DNA of 61,567 nucleotides, counting the filler. It is 10 parts of 10 records of this genome, joined end to end, with 100 filler letters (N's around TTAATTAATTAA, not from the genome) between each part and the next. Parts side by side here need not be neighbours in the genome. Positions count along the whole stretch, not along the records: positions 58,547 to 61,567 come from SRR7504441_543; 9 more parts are not named here. One strand, 5' to 3'. Positions 58,888-61,567 of this stretch are shown piece after piece. The position numbers were made by a program, and so were the translations under genes. The notes under the pieces were generated by a model. That model saw nothing but the letters and a program-made list of their open reading frames with translations. It had not been told where the DNA came from and searched no databases. Position 1 is the stretch's first letter; each line of letters begins with the position of its first letter.

Positions 58888-61485
58888 CTAATCGCTCGTC
58901 CTAGATTGGAGCGTCTCTATTTCAGTCCGGAGCCCATTTAGTTCTCTTCTCAACCGGCTACATTCGTCGGATTTGGCACTCAGCTGACTCATGAGCCCAC
59001 GCTTGTGTCCATCCAGACTGCGCACCTCTGCCTTCAACCGGGACATCTCGTCGCCATCAGAGCCCTGCTGGAGCGCATCTGCTCCATGCGAGGCGTGATG
59101 GGTCACACTAGAAAATGATTCCATCTCCGCCTTCATCATTGCGAGCTCCTTGTTGAAGTCATCACACCGAGCCGAACCTTCATCCAGCTCGGAAACCAGA
59201 TCGGTATCTGCATGCAGTGAATCGAGCGCATCGTGGACTGTCATCAAATCGTCCGGGCTGGATCCAAACTGTCCAGAATCCAGCCCGAAAGCCAGGCCAT
59301 GCTTCTCGTTCTCCAGCTGATCAAGCTGTGATGCCAGCGAAGCGATCCGCTCATTCAGCTGTCCATTTTCGACGCTGAGCTGCTCCTTCTCAGCACGGAC
59401 TGCTTCGAGCTGTTCTTTGATTCGCGTATTATCTATTGAGACATTCTCATGGTCCTTCGCTAGCTCTGTTGCCAATTTGGCCTCTAGCCCGTCTTTCTCT
59501 GTGCTCATGGCTTGCTCTTGTTCTTGCAACTCCTCTATGCGCGCTTGCAGTTGGACGCACTCAGCGGTACGAGCGCGGACCTCCTCGGCAGTCTTATCGT
59601 TATGCTCTCGCAGCATCTCTTGAGCTGCTTTGAGCTGCTTGTTCTCGGCACTGCAGCTACTCAGTTCCTCTTCTAACTCCTTCCGCGTTTGCTCGCCATC
59701 TTGATTCGCAGTGTGACAGGCATTGCTCATCGACCGCAACTGAGAGCTCAGCTCGTCGTTGGCTGCTGCATTGCGCTCTAATTCCTTCTGAGCGACGTCT
59801 GCTTGCGAAAGCAGGGTCTCTCGTTCAGCCCGCAGTTCCCTGATTAAATCTTGAGAGCGTTCGTGTTCTGATTTTAAGAGCTGATACTCCGCATCTTTAG
59901 CTTCTAGTTCTGCATTCAGACCCTGCTGCTCGGCCTGGCCCGCGTAGGCTTCAGTCTTAAGTGACCTCAGCTCGCTAGACAGCTGTTGTCGCTGCTGAAC
60001 AGTCTCGGACAGCTCTTCTGATAAGCTGTTTCTCTGCTCCTGTAGAGACTCGTGCCTTGCCGTGATCTCCCTCAGCTCGGCCTCAAGTGCTGTGTGCCGC
60101 GATCCCATCGTGGCGCACTGCTCCTTCAACCCCTCGTTGTCCTGGCTTAATTGACTACACAGGCGTGACGAATTGGCCAGTTCCTCTATCAGCGTTGCGT
60201 GCTCTGTCCTTGCATCACACAGCTCCTGCTCGCTCTGCTGATTCTCTGCGTTCTGGCTCGCTTTCAGCCCATCGCGCTCCGTCCGCGCAGACTCAAGCTC
60301 CGCATTTGAAGCTGACAGCTGGTCCTCCAACGCCTCACACGCTCCGGCCCTCGTTTCGAGCTCGGCCTTCAATCCACCAACCTCTACATCCCTCTGCTCT
60401 AGCTCCACCGCCACCGCCGCCCGCCCGCTTCTTGCCTGCGCTAAGTCCGCCTTGGCCTGGTTAAGCTCCCCAAGCAGCTTGGTTATATCTGCCTCGAGGC
60501 CCTCTACCCGCGCCCTACCTGCTGTTAGCCTGTCCGCTGCCACCAGCTCTGACGCAGCACTCCTCTTGCTTTCAGCTCGTAGCTGCTCGCACTCTGCCGT
60601 TGCCCTTGCCTCCGCCGACTCAGCCGCTGTGCACCTCGCCTCCAAAGCATCAAACTGCTCGCGCTCCCCCAGCTTGGCCTCACTGCACGTATCGGTAGGT
60701 TGTAGTGCGACCTGTTGTGTGCGCACTGCTTGCTGGAGCTGGCCGATCTCCTGCAGCAGCCCACTCTCCCGCCGCTTCCAGGCCTCGCTGGCCTCCTCGG
60801 CCTCAGCTCTCATCAGCACCTCCTGTGCGCGCTTGAACTTTTCAAACTTCTCGGTTACGTGATCTCGCTCCCTGCGAGCGAGGTCTAGATCTTCTCGCAG
60901 CCGCCCCACCTCCGCCCGACTGGCCCCAGCCGGCGACCGAGGCGACTGCTCCCACTGCGTGCGGCCGGCGGCGTCCGCTTGGATCTGCTGTGCCATTCTC
61001 TGTGCCACCGTCAGCTCGCTGGCTTCCTGCTCGGCCTGCTCTTTGACCTTAGCCTTGGCCCGGGCCTCGCGCTCGGCCCATCGCGCCTCGTCCTGCGCCG
61101 AGCTCGTCACCCGGGCCAGCTCGCGCTCCCGCTGCTTCCGTTGCGCCAGCGACCTGGCCCGGTCCTCGCGCTCCTTCCATCTGGCGTCAGGCCCTCCCAC
61201 CGCCGCGAGTCCCGCGCCGGTGGGCATCACTGGATCATCGGCATGGGTCTCACTCTCACCCGTGACGCCTGAGGCCTGGCTGGCCTCGCACTGCTGCTCG
61301 TGGTACGGTCTGCGGGCAAACTCGTCCATTTCAGCCCACTGCTTGCCAATCAGGGTGGCGAGCTGGCCGAACGATAGATCTGGGTGAGCCGCTTCGAGCT
61401 GCGGCCGCACCGCCTGGCTGTACGAGAGGTAGGCCGATTGATCCGACTGGCCCTCCTGACGCTGACACTCGTCCGGCGCCTCCAT
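58888..61485 (-). CDS. HMG-box + long coiled-coil protein
   Basis: SAYLSYSQAVRPQLEAAHPDLSFGQLATLIGKQWAEMDEFARRPY HMG box followed by several hundred residues of heptad sequence; intronless 865 aa. Confidence 0.85.
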   Translation of the reverse strand: MEAPDECQRQEGQSDQSAYLSYSQAVRPQLEAAHPDLSFGQLATLIGKQWAEMDEFARRPYHEQQCEASQASGVTGESETHADDPVMPTGAGLAAVGGPDARWKEREDRARSLAQRKQRERELARVTSSAQDEARWAEREARAKAKVKEQAEQEASELTVAQRMAQQIQADAAGRTQWEQSPRSPAGASRAEVGRLREDLDLARRERDHVTEKFEKFKRAQEVLMRAEAEEASEAWKRRESGLLQEIGQLQQAVRTQQVALQPTDTCSEAKLGEREQFDALEARCTAAESAEARATAECEQLRAESKRSAASELVAADRLTAGRARVEGLEADITKLLGELNQAKADLAQARSGRAAVAVELEQRDVEVGGLKAELETRAGACEALEDQLSASNAELESARTERDGLKASQNAENQQSEQELCDARTEHATLIEELANSSRLCSQLSQDNEGLKEQCATMGSRHTALEAELREITARHESLQEQRNSLSEELSETVQQRQQLSSELRSLKTEAYAGQAEQQGLNAELEAKDAEYQLLKSEHERSQDLIRELRAERETLLSQADVAQKELERNAAANDELSSQLRSMSNACHTANQDGEQTRKELEEELSSCSAENKQLKAAQEMLREHNDKTAEEVRARTAECVQLQARIEELQEQEQAMSTEKDGLEAKLATELAKDHENVSIDNTRIKEQLEAVRAEKEQLSVENGQLNERIASLASQLDQLENEKHGLAFGLDSGQFGSSPDDLMTVHDALDSLHADTDLVSELDEGSARCDDFNKELAMMKAEMESFSSVTHHASHGADALQQGSDGDEMSRLKAEVRSLDGHKRGLMSQLSAKSDECSRLRRELNGLRTEIETLQSRTSD

Positions 61486-61567
61486 CTGACCTTGTCAGTG
61501 AGTCCGGTAAAAGTCCGGTACAGGTAGTATATTTACAAGTAGTAGCCTATTCAGGTTGCTTTGGGCA

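Overview
Eukaryotic DNA, GC-rich and gene-dense, from an unidentified and probably flagellated protist. It is not one locus: ten contigs are joined by nine artificial 100-nt N/TTAATTAATTAA/N spacers, so synteny holds only within a contig. By splicing manually I reconstruct about 32 protein-coding genes. Many contain very short introns (mostly 35-55 nt) with a conspicuous minority of GC-AG donors, while other genes are intronless. Recognisable genes: RBBP4/MSI1, TIPRL/TIP41, D2HGDH, an iduronate-2-sulfatase-like sulfatase, a TBC RabGAP with EF-hands, an AAAP amino-acid transporter, a class II HDAC, an RI-like LRR protein, and GNAT, RRM-CCCH, F-box, 5'-nucleotidase and CFAP96-like proteins. The most unusual items are: (1) a Cys-less pentameric ligand-gated ion channel with no signal peptide and a C-terminal EF-hand pair; (2) an RBR RING1-IBR fused to a complete MYCBP2-type RING-Cys-relay ligase; (3) a GPI-anchored Ly6/three-finger-like protein; (4) a Rho pseudo-GTPase fused to Fn3-associated repeats and an EF-hand; (5) a >3,400-aa secreted repeat protein; (6) an intergenic TACGAGTAC motif recurring across contigs. 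No rRNA, tRNA, CRISPR array or transposase was recognised. All family assignments come from motif recognition by eye; no database search was run.
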